Positions 1 to 12,699 of a stretch of 64,000 nt of DNA are shown in pieces. How positions within the stretch are numbered: position 1 is the first letter of the stretch; each line of letters opens with the position of its first letter. A program made the position numbers and the translations under genes. The notes below the pieces were generated by a model. It saw only the letters and a program-made list of their open reading frames with translations. It was not told the origin of the DNA and made no database searches. The stretch is from the human T2T-CHM13v2.0 reference genome, Homo sapiens: the NCBI RefSeq assembly GCF_009914755.1, contig NC_060930.1; one strand, written 5' to 3'.

Positions 1-117
1 GACATTGACAATGTGCAAGACTTTCTCATTAAAGAAACTCCAGCTTAATAAGTACATGTTACAGTATTGGATTTTTTCCAACCTTCTCCCCTCCTTTTTT
101 GGCATTTACTCATGTAG

Positions 118-184
118 GAGATTATGATACATCTGTCGAGTATGACATGTGTTAGCTCCAGCCTGGGTGTAGGAACAGGAAAAG
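118..184 (+). other. Candidate 67-bp internal exon (unknown transcript)
   Basis: Pyrimidine tract ~72-110, AG at 116-117 (TAG-GAG, NAGNAG), and a perfect AAG|GTAAGT donor at 182-190. No partner exons identified. Confidence 0.3.
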
Positions 185-2232
185 GTAAGTCTGCAGCGGT
201 GGCAGCCTTGATAGAAGGAGGGTGGCAGCCTTGAGTGTGTGTATATATTGGTAACATTTCTAGTGTGCCACTGAGGAAAACAAAAGAGAAACATAATTTC
301 ACCCTACAGGATTTATTTTTCCCTGCATAATAAAATTAATATTTTCCCCTAATGTCCTCAGAAGTGTTACCTAGTCTCCCTATCTCCTATCCAGAAGTAG
401 CCTCGTATGTCTGAACACAAACCTTGTTAGATAATAAAGTCAGCTCAGATATGTATATTTCTGATTGCATCTCCATCAGAGAACAATTTTGCATTGAGAT
501 ATGTTTCAAAATTTTAGCGAAGTTTTGTATATCACTATTTAGAGTGACTCCCAACATCTTTCTGCATGATGATGATTAGGCTCATGAAGTAGGCACTCTA
601 TTACCTATTGTTCCCTGCTCTGTTGCTCTGGCAAAACATCGACATCAATCATCAACGTCATGTTGATAACTCCTTTATGTAATTACCCATCTTTCTAGAA
701 GGTCTGAAGAGATATCTGTACTACTTATTAGCCACAAGATCAAGACAGGCCATTCAACCTCTTTGGCCGTGTTTCCTAATTTGGAACATGCACATAATAT
801 CTGACCTGCATGCTTCGTGGGCTATAATGATCAAATAAAATGATAGTCGGAAAAGTGGTTTTTAAAACTGCAAAGCCCTGCGCAAACATGAAAGTGTCTT
901 TCAACATGGTACCCACAGACGTGGAAATACATGAGTATAACTCTGCCATTGGTGGCCTGAGGCAACAATGAGAATTCTGCATCAAGGTCCAGATCCTGTC
1001 TAGCAACAGTGAGCTTTAAGCCCCAGTGCAGACAGCTGGCCAGGATGAGTTTTATCAGTGCTAGATCGGTCTTATTCTTTCAGTGTATTTTGTGAGTTCT
1101 TGACCTCACGTGCCTGAAAACTGCCCTTGCTGGGGAGTTGTTAAAAAGCTGCTCTGGCTTTTTCACTCTCAGAATTGTTCGATGAATGAATCCAACATAG
1201 CCAGTTCTAACCTATCAAGAAATAAATTTGCTATCATTTAAATATGCAAAATTAGAAAAAAAGTCTTCCTTAAACACATTTTCAAATCATGCTGAAAGAG
1301 ATTTATAATTTGACAAGGATGTGTGAATCTGGGTTCTGATGTTCAGAAGTAGAAATAAAGCAATTTTCAGCCCACGTTGTAAAAACTAGAGCTTCGCATC
1401 CCCCATTGGAAAACTGTCCTTTGTCTTTCCCTATCACCATAATTAACTAGTTCCTATTCATTAAACAATGAAACAGACAATTAAATAGTAATAATAGTAC
1501 TTTAATTATGAAGGTATTGTTATCTGCATAGAATGTGGAAAGGGAGATCACTTTAGCTGCATTTAAAACATTTGCTTGTCTGCTTTTTAAATACAGAAGA
1601 AAAAAGTGCTCATAATTTCAGAGCCTCTAACAGGAAAAAGGACAGAATATATACCCTCAGAAGGCCATTTTTGATAAACAGGAGTCACATGTATTAATGG
1701 ACTAAGCATTGATTAAGACACGTGCATTTGTAACATGCATGCTTAGTATTTTTTCAAGAGGCATCTTGAATAGTCCTAAGAACCATCAGCAAGTATTTTT
1801 AGACACAAGGATGCATGGTGAAGATGAAAGTCCTGTGCATGATGACTTTCAGAGTTTGTTGAGCACCATGATTCTTGGGTTAAATCACTTCAAACTACTC
1901 TTTAACTTGCCTTTTCTTTTTTTCTTTGAGTTGAGTATGATTTTGATGCTAGAGTTGGCTCTAGTATCACTATTTTATGTTTTGATACAACTGAATAAAT
2001 TATGTCTTCAGTTACACAAAAACAAGCTGAATCTCCAAAATATGTTTTGTTCCTTTACCTGCTAACAATTCTCCACATTTGGGACTTTATTTCTCAGGAA
2101 AGAACTTCAGATATAAACTACTTTCTCTCTTACCACAGTTACCTTTCACCTAGTAAAATCCTAGGATGTGGACAGCTTTGGCAATTGGAAAGGAAAGCTT
2201 TCTATTTTATAATTAAATAAAATCTTAGTGTT

Positions 2233-2675
2233 TGCAAGGTCAGCTGAGAGAAAGGAAGAATAGACCCAAAGTCAGGCAAGTAAGTTTATTGAACCTGCAG
2301 GCTGCTCCACTACAGACAGAGGAGGCAGCCCTGAGCTTACAAAATGAGGGGTTTATATGGGGGAGAGAGACCCTGGGGTTGTTTGCTGGTTAATTCTGCC
2401 ACATATCACTTTGTGACATTTATGGTACATGGGGGTGTAGGTAAAGTTTGTTTATGCTTCCCACGACCTCCCCCTGTGTGGTTTGGATGGTTTGTAATTG
2501 GAGTTTGCTCATGGCAGCAAGGTCTGATAAGTAAGTCTGCTGGCTCCACTGTGGCGCCTAGATAAGGGCTTATAAATGTAAAAAGGCTTGGGGGAAGGGG
2601 AGGGGTGGCACGGAGAGGTTTGGGAGGGGGGTGTCCACAGTACCAAGAAGTTTTTGGGGCGGTTTGTCCCTAACA
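2233..2675 (-). mobile_element. Solo ERV LTR (probably ERVL class, LTR18-like; family tentative)
   Basis: TG...CA termini, 5-bp TSD GTGTT (2228-2232 and 2676-2680), minus-strand AATAAA (tttatt 2285-2290), more GC-rich than flanks. Confidence 0.75.
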
Positions 2676-2724
2676 GTGTTTATTAAATGTTACATATTCA
2701 GCTACAAGGGAGGCAATATTGTAT

Positions 2725-2880
2725 GACCATTACATCTAGATCTGAATCTATGCTTTGCCTCTTAGAAGCTCTGTGACCTTGAGCAAGTAATCCTCGGAGT
2801 TTCTTTTCTCCATCTGTAAAATGGGGCTACCTTACAGGCCTTGAAAATTACATATGAAACACTCCGCATGGATCCAGGCT
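2725..2880 (+). mobile_element. MIR SINE fragment
   Basis: tgtgaccttgagcaagtaa...ctcatctgtaaaatgggg MIR core. Confidence 0.7.
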
Positions 2881-4409
2881 TAGTGTATCCTTACTAACCT
2901 TACTAACTTCACTTGTTCTCATCATTCCAAATTTCATAGACTTTGTTTTCTATATCTGTAGGCTCCTTGGTGCAATGAACTAGTGAATCCTCCCAGAAGA
3001 CATAAAGGATCAGTTATTCTTGTTTCGTTTTGTTTTTTCCTTGATTACATCCACTTTTGCTTTTCAATATTTCAGAAAATAATGCCATTTCTCCCACACT
3101 ATCCAAGCAGTCTCCAAGGCACTTAACAGGAACTTACCTGGAGTCATTTGATTCATCTGCCTGAGAGTTGGCTCTAGAGTCCAGGTGTCCTGACTCCTAG
3201 GCTTGCTATTTCCAAAGCATCCCTTCTCCTTAGGAAAGGAGCAGAAGGCATCCCTTTTTCTCCTTTCCTAAACTGAAGGACATTGATTTATTTTTAACAG
3301 TTAGACATTAAAAAAATTATTGAAGGTTAAAAATGCAACCACAGATTCCCTTTGGGAGTTCATTCCATTTGAGATTTCGCTAAAGGTAGTAATGACACTG
3401 TCTTCAGCCTCCTTAGAGTTTACTAATCTACAGTAAGTTGGCACAGAATATCAGTTGGCAAATAGTTAAAGACCTGAACTATGGCAAATTCGATGTAAAC
3501 CTAAATATCTGAAAAATCTATCCTGGATGTGTGAAATTTTGATTTACAAGATCAACTGCAAGAAAGGTACAGTTGTACAGCTCAGTGTATACTCAGAACT
3601 CTGGATTATACTTTTTGCCCTTTGAGTACCCAATGTATCTGTCTTTAGACAGCCCTTCAGGCTAATGTTGGATGAGAAGCTCTTCTATAACCCTAAGTAA
3701 ATAAATCATCTTCTGTCTTTTTAATTTAGAAAATAATGTTTCTTCGTAAGTCTGTGTCAAGTTCGTGAATCAGCCTCACTTTCTTATGGCAAGGAGTAGA
3801 ACGAACCCAAGAAAACATACCAGCTGTGACCCCAGTATTTTATGAAGAAACCCTTCAGGCTGAAAGGCGAAGGACTCTTGTACCTGACAGTATCCATCCA
3901 GATTCCCCACTGGATCAAATAAATACATTGATCTTTAAAGTGCACCATGATCATTGGAAGTGCAACAATTTACTTTGGACCCTTTTCTGAGTTGTATCAA
4001 TGAAGAACTGTTTTAATCGATTTAATAATGAATTTTTTTTGCCAAGGTCATATTGTATTTCATTAATTCACTACCTAGTATCTTCCTTTGTTAATTAGTA
4101 AGCTCAAGAAATCAGAAAGAATTAATATCCTTAACTTTATTCTAAGTGATTTTCAAAGTTATATATTCACAGTTACTCAATTTTATTTTCAACCTATACT
4201 CCAGAGTTCATATAAATACCATTTGGCATTTGATTAAAACCTCATCATTATTTCAGTTTATTAGAACAAATGTTTTTTGACTACCTACTTTAAGGCCATT
4301 TTCAGAGAAGATTCCTTCATGAAAAATACATCAGCTGCTTGATTCTCTACTCAGTGAAGACACACTACCTTTTAAGGAAGGTAGAATAAAAATTCTATTT
4401 TTCTATGGC

Positions 4410-4590
4410 AGATTCTGTGCCAGATGCCTTATATACATTATCTTATTTAATTCTCCCAGTAAGTTATGTGCTAGGCATTACTATATCCATTTTACAGGTA
4501 TGAAAACTGAGGTGAGGAAGGTAAACTAACTTGCTGAGGACTGTATAGCCGGGGAGTGGCAGGAATGAGGTTGAAGTCACTCTGACTTGC
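4410..4590 (-). mobile_element. MIR SINE
   Basis: ccattttacaggtatgaaaactgagg...taacttgc, reverse MIR core. Confidence 0.7.
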
Positions 4591-4679
4591 TGTCACATAT
4601 TGCTCCTGTCTACACATAGTCATGCAGACACAGGGTTTTCTCATAATCCAAGAAAGAAGGTCACTTATGCCATAAGAGA

Positions 4680-5600
4680 GCAGCAAATCAGTTATCATGA
4701 CATTTCAGAGGAGGGGAAGATTACTTATAACTCCAAATAATCAGGGAAATTTCATCGAGGTGGTGGCATTTAGTCAGAATCTTGAAGGACAGGTAGGTTT
4801 GGGTCATGCTGGAATAAACGGCACTCCTGGCAGATAGGGTAGGTTAGGCAAGGAAAAGGCATTGGGGAAAGGGGGAAGACATGTCTGGGAAAAGCAAATA
4901 GTCAAATTTGTGGGGAGTAGGGCGCATATGAAAGAAAGTAGAAGGAGGTGAGTATGAAAAAATAGGGCAGGAGACATTGTTGGGTGCCTTCTGTACCTGT
5001 CTACAGGATTTATACTTAATGGAGAGCTCTAGAAAGTTTTCAAGTAGGAGAATGGTGTGATTGCAGCTGTGTTTTAGGCAGCTTAATCCAGGAATGCTGT
5101 GATGGACAGGAGGGGCCCGCTCAGTTAGGAACCAAAAAAGTAGAGCTGGGAAGGTGGGGAGTGAAACGTGCCTTCAATATTCTTGCATCTCAGTAACTAT
5201 TAGAATTTGGTGACAGCCAATGGCGACTACAGTAGGACAGAATCCTGCGTTTATATTATGTTGATCTTATTTTATGTGTGTTTAATTCATGAGGTAGAAG
5301 ATATGTTTGTTTTGTTAGAAGTTGAAATTGGGGTGCTCATGAGATGTCCAAGTGGAGATATCCCAGAGCAGGGAAGACATTCCATAAATAACTCAGAGGA
5401 GAAGTAGAACTGGAGTGGCAGATATGGGAATCACCTGCCTCAATGCAGAGTTACAGACAAGAGGAATGATGAGAAGCCCCAGGGAGAAAGTCTAGAGCAG
5501 AGTATCAAGATAGAGGTTTAAAGAATAAATTTAAGGAATGCTTAACTTTGGGAGTGGGAGAAATAAAGTCACGTGGAGAAGGACAGGAAGAAAGGGAGAA
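4680..5600 (-). mobile_element. L2 LINE fragment
   Basis: Purine-rich antisense L2 motifs (gaatcttgaaggacaggtagg, gagatgtccaagtggagatatcc). Confidence 0.6.
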
Positions 5601-5619
5601 GTGATGAATGCCATTCATG

Positions 5620-5820
5620 AGCACCTTCTGTGCAACAGAGCCAGAGCTGAATGCCTTATGTCTAATAAATGCAGGAAACCTACAAACCAGGTGTGAACCT
5701 CAGTTTGCAGATCAGAAAACCGAGGCTCAGAGAAGTTAACTTATCAAAATCTGACAACTGTATGGTAGTGATGGAGCCAGAATTGGAATCTGATGTTCTG
5801 ATTCTGAAGCCTGTGCTTTT
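5620..5820 (-). mobile_element. MIR SINE
   Basis: ttgcagatcagaaaaccgaggctcagagaagttaa...ggagccagaattggaatc. Confidence 0.65.
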
Positions 5821-5831
5821 TTTCTGAGTCG

Positions 5832-6148
5832 CAGGTTGTCAAACTTTCTATAAAGGGCACAATAGTAAATATTAATATTTTAGGCTTTCAGAGCCATGTG
5901 GTCTTAGCTGCACCTACTTAATTCTTCTCTTGTGGTGAAAAAGAGTCCCAGACCATCGTAAATGGGTGTGGCTGAGTCCAATAAAACTAAATTTGTGCTC
6001 ACTGAAATATGATTTTATATCATTTTCCTGAGTCACAAAATATTACCTTGTTTTGATCTTTTTCCAACCACTTAAAAATGTAAAAGCCATCCTTTGCTTG
6101 TAGGGAGTGCAAAAACAGGTGGCAGGCTGGATTTGACCTGTGGGCTGC
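5832..6148. mobile_element. MER58 (MER58B-like) hAT-Charlie DNA transposon
   Basis: caggttgtcaaactttctataaaggg...atagtaaatatt...taggcttt start; ggctggatttgacctgtgggc end. Confidence 0.75.
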
Positions 6149-6182
6149 AAAACATCAGAAGAGGTAGGTGGGCAAAAAGTCA

Positions 6183-6527
<345 letters not shown>

Positions 6528-7964
6528 TCATGATTGTTGGTTGAATCTTTATCTCATCATTTGTAGTGACACAGATTATATTTTAATGTCTTTGTCTTGT
6601 TTACGTCCTTGAACCTATAAGAACAAACCTGTTTAATTGCAAACTCACTTCTTAGAGCTTGGAGAACTTAGCAATCCTCTTGGAAATGGGGAGGGGGTCT
6701 CCTCAGGCATAACTTGGTCAACCTCATTTTCTCATTTCCTTCAGCATATTTTCCTCTCCATTTTGTAATCTGTGGTTAAGGCTGACCTACACTTCAAGCC
6801 TTTTCTGTGAATACATCAGTTCCATTTTAACTCTGATTCTTGTATTGAAATAATTCTGCTTCTTAAGGATGAGACAATCTACCTTCTCCCATAGTAATGA
6901 ATCTCCAACATGAGAAGCAAAACAAAGATCCTTCTCTTTCCGTTCTTCGTTGAAAATTACATTTCAGGTTTTGTTCTTGTTTGAAAACAAAGTATGAGAA
7001 TTTTTGTACATTCTGCCTGTTCTCTTCATGTAATTACATTTTTATTTGTTTGAATGCCAATTCTTGTGATCTAAGTCCCTCTTTTATACGTACATCCTCA
7101 GACCCAAAGCAGCTCTTTATGTCTGAAAATGCATGTTTTTCTTTGATTATGTTTTTTTTCCCCCTGTGCTGTCTTATCCCCTCCCCACCCTGCTCCTATT
7201 TCTGGCAATGCAATTGAACTTAACTTTACTAATTTTGAACATACATTTTACTAATTTCCTTTCTCTTCTCACACCTGGGGAGAGTGTGTTTCATAGAGAA
7301 GAGAGGATTGAGGAGGAAATCCGATATTTTGACTAACTGGAAGAATACGTGGCAGGGGTAGAAGTAAATTGTATTATCTCATGGCCTATCCAGTTTGTCA
7401 CTATTCCTCAAAGTGGGCCATGCATTTTGGAAAGTTCAGGAAATGGTTTTAAGGGCAGGATTGGCAAAAACAATGTGAAAAATTAGGCAAGTATGTAGTT
7501 GGATGATCTGCGATGTGTCTTCTCAGGCATGCTCTCCCCTCTTGAGTCATCTTCTGGAGATATCTCTTCTTTGTTCTGTTCTTTGCTGACTGCAAGGTAC
7601 TGATGCCCAGGCTGTAGAGGCAAACAGTGACAAGATGGTAGATGAAGATGGAATTGACATCATCTGTGCCCACAACTGATTAATCATGGTCGGAATGTCT
7701 GAAGGTGCTTCATTGGCCACTAAGCTTATATCTTTTCCAAATTATCTTTTTCTCTTTTCTGGCTCAAAAAAGGTGGCTATATTAAACTCATCCTCTGTTG
7801 ATCAATAGCATCAAGTACAGTTATGAAGCTGATATGGACCATTTGGAAATTAAAGAAACCCAAAGATGAACTTTGGATTGAACTTAGTCTCAAATCATTG
7901 CTTTGAAACAAAGGAATATGAATAACTACTCTGATGTAACAAATACTTGTTACGTTCCAGACCT

Positions 7965-8120
7965 TGCCCTGGTGCTTTATAGACATTATTTTATTTAATT
8001 CCTACTTTTTATATGAATTATTATTATTGTGCTTCTTTTGCAGATGGAAAAATTGAGACCCAGGGAGGTTATTTACCATGCCAGAACTTGAACCCAGGTA
8101 TGATGGGTTCCCAAGTCTAT
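7965..8120 (-). mobile_element. MIR SINE fragment
   Basis: ttttgcagatggaaaaattgagacccagggaggtta...cttgaacccagg. Confidence 0.6.
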
Positions 8121-9862
8121 GCTGCCACAAAACATATTAGATTGAGACAATCACCTATAATGGTAACCTTTACTTCATATTGATTTCACTTTTTGGACCT
8201 CTGTCACATCTGAAAATCTTCAGGGAATCATAACTGGGAGAGAAAAGCAGCTTTCTCTCAGGGCATACAAAATGAAGGCAGAAGGGCAACCCTACAGAGA
8301 CATTTTCAAGTTTGAACAGCTTCACTTGGGGTGGAGCCTGCGGCAGAGCTGCAGGGAGACCCCGAGGTGTCCTTATTCCTGTAACTGAACAAACAGGGTT
8401 GTCCCTAGGTGAGGTGGAGTCAAGCTGCAGGAGTGTGCCACAGGGCTCCTGGCCACCTAGGCAAGAGTTAATTCTTACAATTGGGAGCATTTAGAGATGA
8501 GAGGAGTAGATTCCAACAGTTAATGGGATTTTAGATGACATGTTGTATAAAATTTTCAAAGTGGGATTCTTACATACATAATTTATCTCTGTAATTAAAA
8601 AGCCTAATTTAAAAAATAATACAGATGCAACACATAATGGTGTGATTTCTTGTCACAAAAACAAATTATTATCTTGATAATGCAATACTATAATTTATAT
8701 TGCTGCAAAATACAGTACTTTCACGAATTGCATGGTAAATGTTGTCTAATTATTTTCCTCCCAGTTCTCTCCCTCTTCCTTGTGAGATGATAAGAATCCA
8801 GTTGTCAGTGGTGGGTTGAACCCTTCCTATCAGCATCTGTTGGGGGAGGACAACATTTAGGAAGGTCCCTTGGCTTTGTCCCATTGGATAAGCAAAGCAA
8901 ATGCCATCAGGTGCTTTAATGTGAATGTGCATTTTGCAGAAAGTCTCTAGAGGGGGCTGAGTTTGGTGTGAGCATGTATTTTATTGCAAGTTTCTCAAGT
9001 ATTCTGCAGATGAGAGTGAGGGGCCCACTGTTATGGGGGTACTTTAGCCATAAATGACCATTATATTCTGAACAGCCCTGTCAATTTCCCTGGCTTCCCT
9101 CCTGGTTACAGACCCGTCATTCTCAGCCAAGAAGGGAGTGTAAATAGCTCTCCCACCGCTGATGCCACTTAGCTGGCTGCAAATTGATGTGGATGGCTCT
9201 TTAGCTTTGGAGACTGTGCCTTTCACCTTCACAGCGCTGGGCATTCATTGGCCTGTGGCTTTGGAGCCTGAGATAAATCCTCAACTAGAACTTTGCTGTC
9301 CGCATTGCAACACATCAGAACTCAGCCGGTGGATGGAAATTTCAAACATTTTGGAAATTTACACCATGTCACTCTCCGAGGGCAATGATTTCAAGAAATT
9401 ATGCCATCTCCACCCACCTTTGCATACTAAGGCTAAACACCCAGAGCCATTTCTAACTCCAGCTAAAGTGCTGAAGGTCAGAGAAGTCAAGATGAGCCAG
9501 AGCGTTGTACATGTTTCCCATTATTATGCTAATCATATGCATGGTCTTTGTGCACTTACACATCCATTTTCACGGCCAAAAAAAAAATACATCAGTGTTT
9601 TAAACAATGCTAATATTGTAATAAAGCAGTGACAAATGACTGAAGATTTCAAGTAAAGACTCCCATTTTGCCCTTGGCTTGTGACATTTGGGAGAAGGAA
9701 GAAAAGATGTAGCCTAAAATGTGGTTTTTAAATTCTGTTAACTCTTTTTGTGTTTGTTTCCTGACTTTGGTGTTCATATCGTAACATTCCTGACAACCTA
9801 GTTTTCCACCTTAAACTTTCTCATGATTTGGGTGGATGCTTGGAAAAAAAAAATAGGCTATA

Positions 9863-10405
9863 GGTGATGGTTAATATTGAGTGTCAACTTGATTGGATCG
9901 AAGGATGCAAAGTATTATCCCTGGGTGTGTCTGTGAGGGTGTTGCCAAAGGAGATTAACACTTGAGTCAGTGGACTGGGAAAGATAGGCCCACCCTTAAT
10001 CTGGGTGGGCACCATCTAGTCAGCTGCCAGTGGAGCTGGGATAAAAGCAGGTAGAGGAATGTGGAAGTACTAGACTGGCTAAGTCTTCTTGCCTCCATTT
10101 TCCTCCCGTGCTGGATGCTTCCTGCCCTTGAACATCTGACTCCAAGTTCTTCAGCTTTTGGACTCTTGGACCTATACCAGTGGTCTGCCAGGGGCCCTCC
10201 GGCTTTCAGCCACAGACTGCACTGCCGACTTGCCTACATTTGAGTTTTTGGGACTCTGACTGGTTTCCTTGCTCCTCAGCTTGCAGATGGCCTATTGTGG
10301 GACTTCACCTTGTGACTGTGTGAGTCAATTCTCCTTAATAAACTCCCCTTCATAGATACATCTATCCTATTAGTCCTGTCCCTCTAGAGAGCCCTGAGTA
10401 ATACA
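9863..10405 (+). mobile_element. MLT2A (HERV-L) solo LTR
   Basis: gtgatggttaatattgagtgtcaacttgattgg start; aataaactcccc; ...ccctgagtaataca end; 5-bp TSD CTATA (9858-9862 and 10406-10410). Confidence 0.92.
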
Positions 10406-10659
10406 CTATATATTGACACATCTCCCACGAACCTATCTTGTGCTTTGAGAGTAACACTATTTGTGAAGAGTTTGCTGGTTTTGTAAGACTCAAGGCCAAT
10501 CCAGGTTTTTCCACTCAACGTTCAGAAAATCCTTATTAGTAAATTAGCTTGCCTTCTCCAGACGAAAACATTCAACGAATTTAACCCCTTTCATCCTTTT
10601 AATAGTGTAACATGTCAATCATTTTAATTTTCTTTGCTAATGTCTATTAATTAATTTAA

Positions 10660-11050
10660 CCAAACCACTTTGTTTCAGTTGGTGCTATCCCAGGCATTCA
10701 ATATATGAAAAGCGTAAGAAACTGGTGAGTTATATTAACAACAAATGGAAACAGCATCAATGAGTGTGATGGTCCTGATAGGAAGAATCATGCTGAGGGC
10801 ATGTCCTAGAGTCCTAGAGGGCACTGGGATGAGTTCTGCCACTTTGGAGGGCAGGAGCCTGGAGAGCTTCCCAGAGGGCTCAGGGGGCAGAAAGAACAGC
10901 ATGAGTGAAGCCACGGCTGACCCATGGGGATTGGGGAGTGTTGAGCAGACTGAGGAATGGATGCAAGGCTGTGATGTAGGGCATCAAGAAATGAGGTTAG
11001 TGACATGGCTTGGGAACCAGATGAGAAAGGCTTTTAATAATCTGCTCTGA
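10660..11050 (-). mobile_element. L2 fragment
   Basis: Degenerate purine-rich L2 antisense motifs (gagagcttcccagag, ggcagaaagaacagcatgagtgaag). Confidence 0.45.
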
Positions 11051-11779
11051 GTGTTAGGAACATAAACTGAGTATCATCACTGATCTTTTTTAAACCATCC
11101 CTCGAATGCTACAGCCCTCATTATCTATACCAGTAATATTGTCACTTAAGCTGTCTCATCCCACTAGTGTGTCTCACACCTCCCCAAACGAAGAGAAAGT
11201 TCTGTCCTGCATATCTCTTTTCTCTTCTCATATCACTCGTGGCATTGCATTGAGTGCTTACTCCTCATTCAGTGATGGTTTAAAAGAATTCACTCTCAGG
11301 TGTCCACTGTCTCTAGAACACAGGATCCAGCCACAGGCTGTTTGCATAGGACCTCTGGGTGTCTTGTGGTGGATACACTAAGCCTCCGCCTGCCCTCAAG
11401 TTTGCAACGTTGAGCAAATTTCCCACTTCTGGAACATTTCTGGATTAAGGATGTTTCTAGAAAACCGCAGGGAAAATATATTCCCTAATCGAAAGGGAGA
11501 GGGTGTAACTGGCCCAAACATAAGCTCCCTTAGCATGGAGCTAGTTGTCTTGGGAATTGGCTCTCTCTGGATGTAGAAAACAGAATCTTTGATGGGTCTG
11601 GGGTTTGTCCTGCAGCTGGAATCCCAAGCCACAAAAGGGCAGTGAGAAATCCAGGGCACCAGGAGATAACAGGGAGCCGGATGTTTGAAAACTCCATGGG
11701 GCAAGTTAGGCCACCCAGAAGCTGCCTTCGTTTCTCAGCCTCCCCACTCCCTGCCGCCATGTTGCTCAGGTTTCTTTCT

Positions 11780-11985
11780 TTCTTTCTCTTTCTCCTGCTT
11801 CAGCCTCCCGAGTAGCTGGAATTACAGGCGCCCGCCACCACGCCCAGCTAATTTTTCTATTTTTGGTAAAGATGGGGTTTCACCATGTTGGCCACGCTGT
11901 TCCAGAACTCGCAGACCTCAGGTGATCCGCCCACCTTGGCCTCCCAAAGTGCTGGGATTACAGGCATGAGCCACCTTGCCCGGCC
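11780..11985 (-). mobile_element. Alu (AluS-like) lacking the 3' part of its right arm
   Basis: Reverse Alu from ggccggg (11985) to ttctcctgc(t)tcagc, then a short T-rich tail; TSD aggtttc(t/c)ttct at 11768-11779 and 11986-11997. Confidence 0.93.
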
Positions 11986-12282
11986 AGGTTTCCTTCTGAT
12001 GAATCCCACCGGCCTGGGCTTCTCTTAGCATGCCATGATGGCGCCCCTCACCTCATCATGTTCTACTTACTCCCTTCCACCCACCATGCTGCTGTCTCAT
12101 GGGTGCCCTGGCTCAACCCCAACTCACTCTGTAGCAACTCCCAGGTTGCCATTTCCCCGTGATGGACTAGGTGCTCTGAGCTCTTGCAGCATCCCCAGCA
12201 CTCCTCCATAAGATCATTTAATTTTAATAAGCGCCATTTGCTCTCAGTGTCTGACTTGCCTGTGAGAGCCTCATGTGCTGGG

Positions 12283-12699
12283 CAAGGCCAGGATGAGGGT
12301 GAGACGGCTGCGGCAGTATCCTGATGCATGTAAGGGGCAAGAAAAACCCTCCCTAGGCAAAGGAAGTCATCTTTTAATGTAAAATCTTAAAAATCAAAAT
12401 TAATGCAAAAAATCTGTAATGAGCAACATCTCGGTATTTTAAGTAAAGACAGGATCACTGTTACTGAATTTTCTTTTTGCCTCAGGCTCCAATATGGCTT
12501 GGCACAGTCCTATTTCTGATCCTGTCTTTATTTAAAATGTTGGTACATTGCTCATCATTGATTTTTGCATTAATTTTGTTTTTTAAAAAATTTTGCATTA
12601 GATGAGTACTTACCTTGATTAGGGAGAGTTTATTGGAACCCTGTTAAATTCTGTGCCCAAGGATAGGGCTTCACTCATCCTACCCTAGAGCTGGCTGTG
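12283..12699. mobile_element. MER96B-like hAT MITE, near-palindromic
   Basis: Long inverted arms (aaaatcaaaattaatgcaaaaaatc...taaagacaggatca versus tgatcctgtcttta...gatttttgcattaatttt); perfect 8-bp TSD GTGCTGGG (12275-12282 and 12700-12707). Confidence 0.88.
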
